Source: Candidatus Sericytochromatia bacterium (lineage in GTDB: Bacteria > Cyanobacteriota > Sericytochromatia > S15B-MN24 > JAQBPE01). Taken from it: 47,082 nucleotides of DNA. The stretch is taken from assembly GCA_035285125.1 (NCBI GenBank), contig JAYKHR010000135.1:1-47082 (forward strand). Direction: 5' to 3'. Below the pieces are notes generated by a model. It was given only the letters and a program-made list of their open reading frames with translations. It had not been told where the DNA came from and made no database searches. Below are positions 8,953 through 18,024 of the stretch, in pieces. The translations under genes were made by a program, and so were the position numbers. Positions within the stretch are counted from its first letter, which is position 1. Each line of letters starts with the position of its first letter.

Positions 8953-11553
8953 GTGAAAGCGCTTTCATTCAAGGAAATCCGGCAGGCCTACATCGCGTTC
9001 TTCCAGGCCCGCGGACACGTGCACAAGGCCAGCTCCAGCCTGGTGCCCCGGCGCGATCCGACGGTGCTGCTGACGACGGCGGGGATGCTGCAGTTCAAGC
9101 CGATCTTCATGGGCGCCGAGAAACCCGACGTCTCCCGCGTCACCACCGTCCAGAAGTGCTTCCGCACCACCGACCTCGACAACGTGGGCCGCACGGCGCG
9201 GCACCACACCTTCTTCCAGATGCTCGGCAACTTCTCCTTCGGCGACTACTTCAAGGGCGAGGTGATCCCCTGGGCCTGGGAGTTCCTGACGGTGACAATG
9301 GGCATCCCCAAGGAGCGACTCTGGATCTCGATCTTCCGCACGGACGACGAGGCCTTCCGCATCTGGCACGAGGTCGTGGGCGTGCCCGCCGATCGCATCG
9401 TCCGCATGGACGAGGCCGACAACTTCTGGGCGGCCGGCCCCACGGGCCCTTGCGGACCCTGCTCGGAGATCTACGTCGACCTCGGCGCCGAGCACGGCAA
9501 CGGCAACCCGGACGCACGCCTCGGGGAGGACGACAACCGCTTCCTCGAGGTGTGGAACCTGGTCTTCATGGAGTTCAACCGCGACGAGGCGGGCAACCTC
9601 ACGCCGCTGCCGGCGAAGAACATCGACACGGGCATGGGCCTCGAGCGCATCTCCGCCGTCCTGCAGGGCGTCCCCAACAACTTCGAGACGGACATGCTGT
9701 TCCCGATCCTGCAGGCCCTCGCCGCCCTGGCGAAGGTGACCTACCGCAAGGATTCCGCCACGGACGTTTCGCTCAAGCTGATGACGGATCACCTCCGGGC
9801 CTCAACCTTCCTGATTGCAGACGGCGTCGTGCCTTCCAACGAGGGGCGCGGCTATGTGCTGCGGCGCATCATCCGGCGCGCCTACAGGCATGGCCGCCTG
9901 CTCGGCATCGAGGGCGCGTTCCTCCACACGCTCGTGCCTCTCGTCATTGACCTCTACGGCGACTTCTACGGTGAGCTGGTCGAGCGTCGCACCCACATCG
10001 TGGACACGCTGGCCGAGGAGGAGCGCCGCTTCGGGCTGACCATCGATCGCGGCATGGCGCTGCTGGAGGAGGCCCTCGGCGCCCTCGCCGGCAAGCCCGA
10101 GCTCGACGGCAGGACGGCCTTCGAGTTGTACGACACCTACGGCTTCCCGCTGGAGCTCACGGTCGAGCTCGCCGGTGAGCAGGGCATCACGGTCGACGCG
10201 GCGGGCTTCGAGGCCGCGATGGCCGAGCAGCGCGACCGCGCCCGCTCGGCGCGCGAGAGGGCGGGCATCACCTTCACGGCCGATGCCGAGATCGATGCAA
10301 CCTCCGAGTTCCTGGGCTACGTCTCGACGAGCGAGCAGGACCACGTGACGGCCATCGTGCCGCTGGGGGCCGGCAAGGAAGGCATCGTCCTGTCGCGCAC
10401 CCCCTTCTACGCCGAGTCCGGTGGGCAGGTGGGGGATACGGGCGTCCTCGTGGCGGCTGGCCGGGAGGTTGCCGTGCTCGACACCCAAAAGCGCAGCGGG
10501 GCGATCGTGCACGCCGTCGAGGCCGGCCACGGCCTGGCCGTCGGCGATGCCGTCGAGGCGCGCGTCGACGCCGAGCGACGCTGGCACATCCGGCGCCACC
10601 ACACGGCGACCCACCTGCTCCACGCGGCGCTGCGGGAGGTGCTCGGCACCCACGTGACGCAGGCGGGCTCGCTGGTGGGCCCCACGCTGCTGCGCTTCGA
10701 CTTCTCCCACCCCCGCGCCGTCACGCCGGCTGAGCTCGCGGCGATCGAGACGCGTGTCAACGCGGAGATCCTCGGCAACGAGGCCGTCCAGACGGACGTG
10801 ATGAACTTCGAGCAGGCCCGCGACAGCGGCGCGATGGCGCTCTTTGACGAGAAGTATGGCGACAGCGTGCGGGTGCTGAGCATCGGGGCGTTCTCCAAGG
10901 AGCTCTGCGGCGGCACGCACGTCCGGGCCACCGGCGACATCGGGCTCTTCAAGATCACGAGCGAGAGCGGCATCGCCGCCGGCGTGCGGCGCATCGAGGC
11001 CGTGGCCGGCATGGCGGCGGTGGACCACGTGCGGACCCTCTCACAGGCGGTGGCGGCGGTTGGCGACCGCCTGAAGGCAGCCCCGGCCGAGCTGCCCGAG
11101 CGCCTCGACAAGCTGCAGGACGCCCTCAAGACCTCCGAGAAGCACGTGGCGGCGCTGCGGGCGGAGCTCGCGGCGGCCAAGGCCGGCGCCCTGCTCGCGA
11201 CCAAGGCAGAGGCCGGCGGGGTGCCCTACGTGGCGGCCTCGCTCGACGAGATGACGGGCGACCAGCTGCGCGCCGCCGCCCAGAGCCTGCTGGCCGGGCT
11301 CGGCTCCGGGGTGGTGCTGCTTGCCGGCGTGGCAGGCGGAAAGGTGTCGGCCGTAGCCTGCGTGTCAGACGATCGCACAGGGGAGGTGGCTGCGGGCACC
11401 GTGCTGGCGGCCTTCATGGGCCGCGTCGGGGGCAGGGGCAGCGGCAAGGCCAACTTCGCCCAGGGGGGCGGCGGGGACCCGGCCGCAGTGGCCTCGGCCA
11501 TCGCCACCGCAGGGGAGCTGATCGACGGGGCGCGCCAGCGCGTGGCGACGTGA
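8953..11553 (+). CDS. alaS: Alanine--tRNA ligase
   Basis: AGMLQFKP, HHTFFQMLGNFSFGDYFK, GPCGPCSE, IDTGMGLER, LYDTYGFP, editing-domain HTATHLLH and ELCGGTH, GVRRIEA; GTG start after GAGG. Confidence 0.98.
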   Translation: MKALSFKEIRQAYIAFFQARGHVHKASSSLVPRRDPTVLLTTAGMLQFKPIFMGAEKPDVSRVTTVQKCFRTTDLDNVGRTARHHTFFQMLGNFSFGDYFKGEVIPWAWEFLTVTMGIPKERLWISIFRTDDEAFRIWHEVVGVPADRIVRMDEADNFWAAGPTGPCGPCSEIYVDLGAEHGNGNPDARLGEDDNRFLEVWNLVFMEFNRDEAGNLTPLPAKNIDTGMGLERISAVLQGVPNNFETDMLFPILQALAALAKVTYRKDSATDVSLKLMTDHLRASTFLIADGVVPSNEGRGYVLRRIIRRAYRHGRLLGIEGAFLHTLVPLVIDLYGDFYGELVERRTHIVDTLAEEERRFGLTIDRGMALLEEALGALAGKPELDGRTAFELYDTYGFPLELTVELAGEQGITVDAAGFEAAMAEQRDRARSARERAGITFTADAEIDATSEFLGYVSTSEQDHVTAIVPLGAGKEGIVLSRTPFYAESGGQVGDTGVLVAAGREVAVLDTQKRSGAIVHAVEAGHGLAVGDAVEARVDAERRWHIRRHHTATHLLHAALREVLGTHVTQAGSLVGPTLLRFDFSHPRAVTPAELAAIETRVNAEILGNEAVQTDVMNFEQARDSGAMALFDEKYGDSVRVLSIGAFSKELCGGTHVRATGDIGLFKITSESGIAAGVRRIEAVAGMAAVDHVRTLSQAVAAVGDRLKAAPAELPERLDKLQDALKTSEKHVAALRAELAAAKAGALLATKAEAGGVPYVAASLDEMTGDQLRAAAQSLLAGLGSGVVLLAGVAGGKVSAVACVSDDRTGEVAAGTVLAAFMGRVGGRGSGKANFAQGGGGDPAAVASAIATAGELIDGARQRVAT

Positions 11554-12464
11554 GCGGGCTCGGGCGTGTTCGCGAAGCCCTGACGCGCCTCGGCCCCGAG
11601 GCGCGGGCTGGCGTGCTCGGGGTGGGCGCGCTGCTCGGCGGGTTCTGGCTGCTGGCGTCGCTGGTCCGGACCCCACCGAGTGCGCTGCCACCTCCCCCCG
11701 CCCCGCGGGATCTTGCTGCCATCAAGGCGGACGGCACGCTCCGCGTGGCCCTCGACCCGACCTCCGGGCTGCCGTACTGCGCCCGCACGGGAGCCGATGG
11801 CAGCGCGCTGGCGGGCTTCGAGCCCGATCTTGCGCGCGCCGTGGGGCGGCGCCTGGGTCTGAAGGTTGCCTTCGAGGAGGTCGCCTGGCGGGAACTGCGC
11901 CGGTCCGTGGTGGAGGGACAGGCCGATGCGGCCTGGAACGCGCTCGAGATCAAGGACGGGGGCGGCATCCGCTTCAGCAAACCCTACTACACCGCCTCCC
12001 AGGCCATCCTGGTGCCGGGCGCCAGCACCGTCTTCGAGCTCGAGGGCCTGGCGGGGCGGAAGGTGGGAGCCACCACGGGCTCCATCGCCGAGGCGATCCT
12101 GCTTCGGCTTCACCCCCCCGCCCGCGTCGTGGCCGCGGCCAGCACCGAAGGCCCCTTGCAGGCCTTGAAGGCCCGTCAGGTGGACGCGGTGCTCACCGAG
12201 GCCGCGATGGCGCGGGCCTGGCTCAAGCGCGAGGGCCGGGGCCACCGCATCGTGGGCCGACCCGTGCTGCCTCGCCCCTATGGGGCGGCCGTGAGGGCCG
12301 CCAGCCCCGCCCTGCGGGAGGCCCTAGACGGGGCACTACAAGCCCTGCGGAAGAGCGGGGAGTGGCAACGCATCCTGCAGGCCCACGGCGTCTGGGAGGC
12401 TCTGCAGGATCCGGGTCGCGCCGCGCCGGCCGCCACCGGGCCCCTCCCGAGCGAGGGGCCCTGA
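11550..12464 (+). CDS. ABC amino-acid substrate-binding protein (family 3) with N-terminal TM anchor
   Basis: GTLRVA, GFEPDLA, FSKPYY, LAGRKVGATTGS, VDAVL; GTGA overlap with alaS. Confidence 0.85.
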   Translation: MSGLGRVREALTRLGPEARAGVLGVGALLGGFWLLASLVRTPPSALPPPPAPRDLAAIKADGTLRVALDPTSGLPYCARTGADGSALAGFEPDLARAVGRRLGLKVAFEEVAWRELRRSVVEGQADAAWNALEIKDGGGIRFSKPYYTASQAILVPGASTVFELEGLAGRKVGATTGSIAEAILLRLHPPARVVAAASTEGPLQALKARQVDAVLTEAAMARAWLKREGRGHRIVGRPVLPRPYGAAVRAASPALREALDGALQALRKSGEWQRILQAHGVWEALQDPGRAAPAATGPLPSEGP

Positions 12465-12470
12465 GCCGGC

Positions 12471-12956
12471 TCAGGCCTCCCGTGCCGCCTTCCGACGGGC
12501 CATGCGGTCCTGCTGGCGCGCCCGCGCGGCTTCCTGACGGGCTCGCTCCTCGTCCGTCTCGGGCAGCAGGGGCGGCACCTGCGTCGGCCTGCCGAGATCG
12601 TCGAGCGCCACGAAGGTGGCATAGGCCGTGGTCGTAAGCCGGCGCTCCCCGGTGACGGGGTTCTCGGACGAGACCGTCACGCCAATCTCCATCGAGGTGG
12701 AGAAGGCCTCGTTGACCTGAGCCTCGAGCAGCACGATGTGGCCCAGCTTGATGGGCGCCAGGAAGTGAAGCTCGTCGATGGAGGCAGTCACGACAGCCCG
12801 ACGAGAATGACGCGATGCCGCGATCGTGGCCGCGAGGTCCACCAGCGCCATGACGCGGCCCCCGAAGATCGTGCCGTGGGGGTTGGTGTCGTTGGGGAGC
12901 ACGTGCTCCGCCATCTCGACGCGCGACTCGCGCGGGGTCTTGCCGGTCGTGGGCAT
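12471..12956 (-). CDS. Acyl-CoA thioesterase (YciA-like hotdog fold)
   Basis: VLPNDTNPHGTIFGG, VVTASID, TSMEIGV, TFVALD; AGGAG RBS; TACAAT upstream. Confidence 0.92.
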   Translation of the reverse strand: MPTTGKTPRESRVEMAEHVLPNDTNPHGTIFGGRVMALVDLAATIAASRHSRRAVVTASIDELHFLAPIKLGHIVLLEAQVNEAFSTSMEIGVTVSSENPVTGERRLTTTAYATFVALDDLGRPTQVPPLLPETDEERARQEAARARQQDRMARRKAAREA

Positions 12957-13033
12957 CGTTCAACTCCTCCCCGGTTCTCGCCGGGGAGGGATTGTACCAC
13001 TGGTGGCAGCCTGCGCGAGGCCGTCAGAAGGGG

Positions 13034-16000
13034 TCAGCGCCCCTGGTTCGGGTCGTTGTAGACGGGGATGTCGACGGGTTCCGCATTGTGCTGGTTGATC
13101 CAGCGGGCCATGCCATGCTCCTCCCACGTCAGGTTGCCCCCGAGGAGTTGCGCGATCATGTGCTTGCGGGCCTCCTCCGAGAGCGCCCCCAGGGTCTCGC
13201 TGAGGCCGATCATCGGCTCGGTGTAGCCCTGGGCCTTCGCGTAGCCCCGGACGGCGTCGTCGTCCATGGCCCGCCAGACCATCGGGTCCTGGTAGGCGCC
13301 CGCCCGCTGCAACAACGCCGCGGCACGCACGCCGTCGCTGTGGTCGCCCAGATCCGAAAGGATGTGGTCGAGCTTGCGGGCCTCGGAGGCCGCGTGGAGC
13401 GTGGTGAGCACCTCCCCGCGCTTCTCGGCCATCTCAAGCACCTTGAGCGCGGCTTGCCGGTCCTTCTTGGTGGTGATCCCCTCGACCAGCAGGGCCAAGA
13501 CGCGCGCCTTCTGGGCCGGGCTGGCGGCCTCGAAGTACGCGGGCTGCCGCTCCAAGGTGTCACGGATCACGCTGGACCTCCGGTTCTCCGGCGCGGCCAG
13601 GAAGGTCTCCAGGTCGGCCTGCAGGCGGGGGTCGCCCGTCAGCACGGGCCGCGGGGTGGGCGCGGGGGTCGTGCGCCGGGACGCCGCGAACGCGGCCACG
13701 TCCTGCCCGTCCACCTTGCCGTCGCCCGTCTGGTCTTGGAGGGCGTTGTCGGCGATGACCTGCCGGGTGAGCGCCTCGGCGAAGGCCGTGATCGACTGCC
13801 CCTGGTCCACGGCCTTGGCGAGCCGATCGAGGTCGCCCTTGTGGAGCAGCGACCAGCCCTTCTCGCCGCCGTCGATGTGGCCGAACAGCAGGGTGTCGAA
13901 GTGCTTCAGCAAGGCCTCACGCGCCGGGCCAGCGGGCATCTTCTGGACCGTCTCGCGGCTCACCATCCCGGCCGGGTCCGAGTTGGTACGCAGCCACATC
14001 ACCGCGTCCTTCTCGGACATCACCGCTGGCGCCGCGGGGGGTGCCACGGGGGGCTGCGGCGCGGGAGGTTGCGGCGCGGGGGGCCGAGGGCCGGCCGGCG
14101 GTGGCGCGGGAGGCCGGGCGCCACCGGGCTGAGGGGCAGGGGGCCTGGCGCCACCGGGCCGCTGACCGGCCGGAGGTGGGGCGGGGGGACGGGTGACGCC
14201 GGGCGTGGTCCCGGCCGGCTGCGGCGCCGGGGGCCGGGGGCCGCCAGGCTGGGCGCCCGAGGGCGCGGCACCGCCGGGTTGGGGCGCCGCCGGTGGGGTG
14301 CCCGCGGGCTGCGGGGCAGCCGCTCCCCCCTCGCGAGGCGGCAGCTGGAGGACCCAGCCCGGGTGGATCAGGTCGGGGTTCTGTGCCAGGCTGGGGTACT
14401 TGGCCTTGTTCAGTTCCACGATCTCCCGCCAGCGGTTGGCATCGCCCAGCTGCTCCCTGGCGATCTTGGAGAGGTAATCACCAGCCTTGACGGTGTGAGA
14501 GGTGGGCTGGCCGGCGGGCGTCTGGGAGGCCGCCCCCGGGATCACGGGAGGCGTCACAGGCGCGACCGGCGGCGCAGGAGGCGCCTGCCGCAGGCCCTGC
14601 AGCTGCTGCACGAGCCCTTCATAGGCCTTGCGTTGCGAACCGAAGTCGGCCCCGCCGCCCACCTGCTCCGCGATGCCCTGCATCTGGCCGATGATGCCCA
14701 CGCCCTTGGTCACCTGCTCGGGCGAGAGGCCACGCAGGTCCGCCGTCTCGATGCCGAGTCGCATGGCCTCAAGGTCCTCGGACTGGCGGCCGATCGCCGT
14801 CGTCTGAGCGTCCAGCGTCCGCGGGTCCACGCCCCCCGCCACCGCCGCGGCGAAGCCCTCGCGGCGCGTCTGGTTGGCGGCTTCTGCCTGACCGATCACG
14901 CGCAACGCCGCAGCCGCCGCCTGGATCGCCCCGTTGTTCTTGCTGCCGATGGGGTCCTTGAGGCTCTGGCGGGCCACGTAGAGCTCGGCCCGCAGGGCCC
15001 CGGGGTGCTCGCCCCGGCCGAGGCGGTCCGCCAGCGCAGCCGCCTGGGCCTGCGCCTTGTCCTGCTCCGCCCGCTCGGCCGAGCTGGCCGCCGCGGGGCG
15101 GGGGGCCGCCAGCTCTTGCCCGAGCCCGTGCAGCGCCTCTGCCGCGGCCAGCAGGCGGGCGCGGTCCGCCGCGACGGTCTCCGGCGGGGCCCCTCCCACG
15201 ACCTTGTCATCAAGCGCCGCGAGCTGCTGCCGCAGGGCGGCCTTCGCCTGATCGACCCGGGCCGAGGCCGCCGCTGGTCCTGCCGGGGCGGGGGCGGCCG
15301 TGGAGGCCGCGGCGGGCGCAGCTGCCAGCAGCTGGTCCCGGAGCTGGGCCACGCGGGCGTCAGCGGCCACCGGGTCGACGGCCCCCGTCTCGATCTGGCT
15401 GCCCAGCGTGCGCAGCTCTTCCACGACGCCCCGGGCCGTGCGCTGCGCCGCCGGGTCCAACCCCGTGAGGCGCGCGGAGAACAGCGCCCGCTCGATCTGC
15501 ACCAGGGCGCTGTACCGCGCGTTGGCGTCGATCAGGGCCCTGGCCGTTGCGGCGTCGCCATCGGTGGAGAGCTTGGCCTCCAGGGTGGCGACGCGCTCCT
15601 CGAGGCTCGCCTTGGCCGTCTCGGCCTGGGCGATGACCTGCGCCCCGGCCGTCGCGAGGCCGTTGCGGCCCGCACCGCCGGGCTCCGCCAGCGTGTGCCG
15701 CAGGGCGAACATCTCGGCCTGGTAGGGCCCGGGCCGCTCACCGCGGCCGACGGCGAGGCCGATCTCGCGGACCCGCTCAAGGGCGTTCCGCACGACTTTG
15801 GCCTCCTGGGAGGTCAGGTTCTCCAGCTTGGCGCCCGCGATGACGTGCCGCACCGCATCCATCGGGACGCCAGCCCAGGTGGCAGCGTCCATCGTGACCC
15901 GCTCGGTGCCAGCCGGCGCAGCCGAGGCGGCCGGCTGCCGGGGAGGGGCCGCGGGGCGCGGAGGCAGGGGCGGCAGGTCCACGCCGGGGGGCAGCTGGGG

Positions 16001-16261
16001 CCCGGCCGGCACGAAGGGTGGCGTCGCCCCTGAGCCACCCCGCCCCTCCAGCACCGACACCGCCCGCTCCAGCGACTCGAGCTGCCGGCGCGTCTCCTCG
16101 ATCAGCTGCGCGAGCTCCGCCAGCTTGGCGCCCCGCGACAGCTGGACGCCGTCCCGCGCCGCCGAGCGCGTCGCGGGTGCGGCCTCGCGGGTGGGCTGGG
16201 GAACGGTCGCGCCGGCGACGGGGTTGACGCGGGGCGCGCCAGAGTTGATGGGGTTGGACAT
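13034..16261 (-). CDS. Large LysM peptidoglycan-binding protein (1075 aa) with helical region, Pro-rich linker and EF-hand-like loop
   Basis: LysM HTVKAGDYLSKIA...RWREIVELN...NPDLIHPGWVLQLP (~14338-14497); DQTGDGKVDGQD (~13700-13735); GAGGAG RBS before MSNPINSG; no Sec signal. Confidence 0.85.
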   Translation of the reverse strand: MSNPINSGAPRVNPVAGATVPQPTREAAPATRSAARDGVQLSRGAKLAELAQLIEETRRQLESLERAVSVLEGRGGSGATPPFVPAGPQLPPGVDLPPLPPRPAAPPRQPAASAAPAGTERVTMDAATWAGVPMDAVRHVIAGAKLENLTSQEAKVVRNALERVREIGLAVGRGERPGPYQAEMFALRHTLAEPGGAGRNGLATAGAQVIAQAETAKASLEERVATLEAKLSTDGDAATARALIDANARYSALVQIERALFSARLTGLDPAAQRTARGVVEELRTLGSQIETGAVDPVAADARVAQLRDQLLAAAPAAASTAAPAPAGPAAASARVDQAKAALRQQLAALDDKVVGGAPPETVAADRARLLAAAEALHGLGQELAAPRPAAASSAERAEQDKAQAQAAALADRLGRGEHPGALRAELYVARQSLKDPIGSKNNGAIQAAAAALRVIGQAEAANQTRREGFAAAVAGGVDPRTLDAQTTAIGRQSEDLEAMRLGIETADLRGLSPEQVTKGVGIIGQMQGIAEQVGGGADFGSQRKAYEGLVQQLQGLRQAPPAPPVAPVTPPVIPGAASQTPAGQPTSHTVKAGDYLSKIAREQLGDANRWREIVELNKAKYPSLAQNPDLIHPGWVLQLPPREGGAAAPQPAGTPPAAPQPGGAAPSGAQPGGPRPPAPQPAGTTPGVTRPPAPPPAGQRPGGARPPAPQPGGARPPAPPPAGPRPPAPQPPAPQPPVAPPAAPAVMSEKDAVMWLRTNSDPAGMVSRETVQKMPAGPAREALLKHFDTLLFGHIDGGEKGWSLLHKGDLDRLAKAVDQGQSITAFAEALTRQVIADNALQDQTGDGKVDGQDVAAFAASRRTTPAPTPRPVLTGDPRLQADLETFLAAPENRRSSVIRDTLERQPAYFEAASPAQKARVLALLVEGITTKKDRQAALKVLEMAEKRGEVLTTLHAASEARKLDHILSDLGDHSDGVRAAALLQRAGAYQDPMVWRAMDDDAVRGYAKAQGYTEPMIGLSETLGALSEEARKHMIAQLLGGNLTWEEHGMARWINQHNAEPVDIPVYNDPNQGR
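14020..14337 (-). repeat. Intragenic Pro/Ala/Gly-rich imperfect repeats (APQP-G/A-G..PP)
   Basis: Repeated APQPAGT/APQPGGA/RPPAPQP peptides in the LysM protein linker. Confidence 0.7.
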
Positions 16262-16319
16262 CGGGGGCTCCTCGGGGTGGGGCGACGGTGGACGCTCGAA
16301 CGCCCAAATTTCCCTGTAT

Positions 16320-16334
16320 TTAACTTCTATATAA
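16320..16334. promoter_or_regulatory. TTAA-N7-ATAA motif
   Basis: TTAActtctatATAA in an AT-rich island ~59 bp upstream of the LysM gene start. Confidence 0.5.
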
Positions 16335-16471
16335 CCTTTTGTTGTTCGAACCTTTCTTGATTTATTTGTACCCATGGGATCTGCGGTCAGAAACACGGAG
16401 GGCCGGCACGGCGGTAGGCCCACGCAGCTCTGGGGAACGCTGTAGGGTGGGCAGGGCGCCAAGAAGGATGT

Positions 16472-17339
16472 GTGATGGGAGTGGGAGTCTGGCTCCAGCG
16501 CAGCAGCCGCGCGAGCCTTTTGCTGGTCCTGGGCCTGACTGCCTGCGCGGCGCCGACCGCGCAGACCGGCGCGCGCGCGGTCAGGCGGGCCCAGCGGGAA
16601 GGCCCTGCCAGGCCCGGGCACCACCCAGCCACCGGAACCCCTGTCAATGCAGAACCCGGCCCCCGCGACCACGGCCCCGAGCGCGCCGGGAGGCAACCGC
16701 ATCCGGCGCCTGTCGCCCACTGGCGATCTGCTAACGGCCTATGCCCCGCCCGAGCACCCCGACCAACCGCGCACCATCGCGGACTTCCTCGCGCGCCCGG
16801 ACGGCTCCCTGATCGTGCTGGAGGCCGAGCTCACGACCCCCATCGCCAACCACCGCGCCGAAGGGCGGCTCACGCTGTCCACCGTCGGCAAGGACGGCCG
16901 GGCCGCGGTGCTGGGGACCCGGGCCGTGGCCTTCGGGCGCCCTGCTGACCACCAGGCCCTGCTGCTCGACCGGGCCGGCACCATCCACACCGTCGGATCC
17001 GGCGAGCTGACACGGTGGCCGGTCGGCGGTGCCCCGGCGGTGGTGGCCCGCAACGAGCTGTTCGAGCTATGGACGCCCTCCTGCGTCCTGTTCGACAGCC
17101 GCGGGAGGCTGCTGCTGCCAGACAGCCGGGGCCTCCTGATGCGCCTCGACCCCGCCACTGGGGCCAGGGTGGTGGTCGCGGGGCCAGGGGGGGCCCACCT
17201 CAACGGCGCCACCGTCGACACGTCCCTGAGGCTGGCGAACTACCCCACGCTGGCCGAGGACGGCACGCTCTATCTCGTCGACAGGGGCAACAAGCAGATC
17301 AAGCAGCTGCCGATGGCCAGCGTCGAAGCCGTGCCATGA
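16472..17339 (+). pseudogene. Frameshifted lipoprotein with NHL/beta-propeller-like C-terminal repeats
   Basis: Lipobox LLLVLGLTA-C in the 16472 frame; propeller-like segments (NRIRRLSPTG, FDSRGRLLLPD, LAEDGTLYLVDRGNKQIK) in the 16647 frame; one extra dinucleotide in the (GC)5 tract at 16569-16578 fuses them. Confidence 0.6.
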
Positions 17340-18006
17340 GGCGGTCTGGACGCGCTCCAGACGGCGTTCCAAGGCCATCGTGCGAGGGTATCTGCCCCGA
17401 GGGTGCGGCCATCTCGGCCCGGCGGCCTCGCCCCGGCCGGGTCGTGCTCGGCCCAACGGGATGGGGCTGCTGACGGACGGGCAGACCGTGCTGCGGTCTC
17501 GGAACAGCGGCGAGACCTGGACGGATCCCGTCGGCGTTTCTGGCGAGCAGTTCGTGGCCGACGGCCTCGGGGGCGTGGTCCACTTCCGGCCCTACGGCGG
17601 CGAGTTGCACCGGTTGGAGGGTGGGGCCTTCGTGCAGGTGAGGGTGGCCGGGGCCGAGCGGCCGGGGTGGGTGCGGCAGGCCGGCGGAGTCGCGATGGCG
17701 CGCGACTCCGCCTGGCCCCAGCGCTGGTACCGGACCACCGACTGGCGAACGTTCGAGCCCATGCCCGAGACGCTGAAGGACGCCACGCGGCTCGTGCGCG
17801 ACCGCGTCGATGCCTTCCACCCCATCACGGCCACGACGTGGCTCGCCCAGGCCGCGGGCGACCAGTTCCTCATCACCCGCGACGGAGGCCGCACGTGGTC
17901 CGACCCCGTGGAAGCCAACACGCGCGTCGAGGCGGTCTACCCCTTCACGGAGGAGGCCATCTGGGCCGTCGGAGGCCAAACGCTCAACCGGGCCGGCACG
18001 TTCTGA
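17336..18006 (+). pseudogene. Frameshifted/truncated BNR (Asp-box) repeat beta-propeller protein
   Basis: ATGA overlap start at 17336; Asp-boxes SRNSGETW, TTDWRTF and TRDGGRTW lie in another frame; one extra C at 17452-17454 gives continuous VVLGPNGMGLLTDG. Confidence 0.5.
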
Positions 18007-18024
18007 GCGGCCAGCCACGGGGCG

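Noticed and set aside
12992..16033. 1013-aa plus-strand ORF
   Set aside because: Antisense shadow of the LysM gene; Arg/Gly-rich, non-protein-like composition.
16262..16720. N-terminal extension of the LysM ORF to 1228 aa
   Set aside because: It crosses the AT-rich promoter island and the divergent lipoprotein gene; the strong GAGGAG RBS supports ATG 16261.
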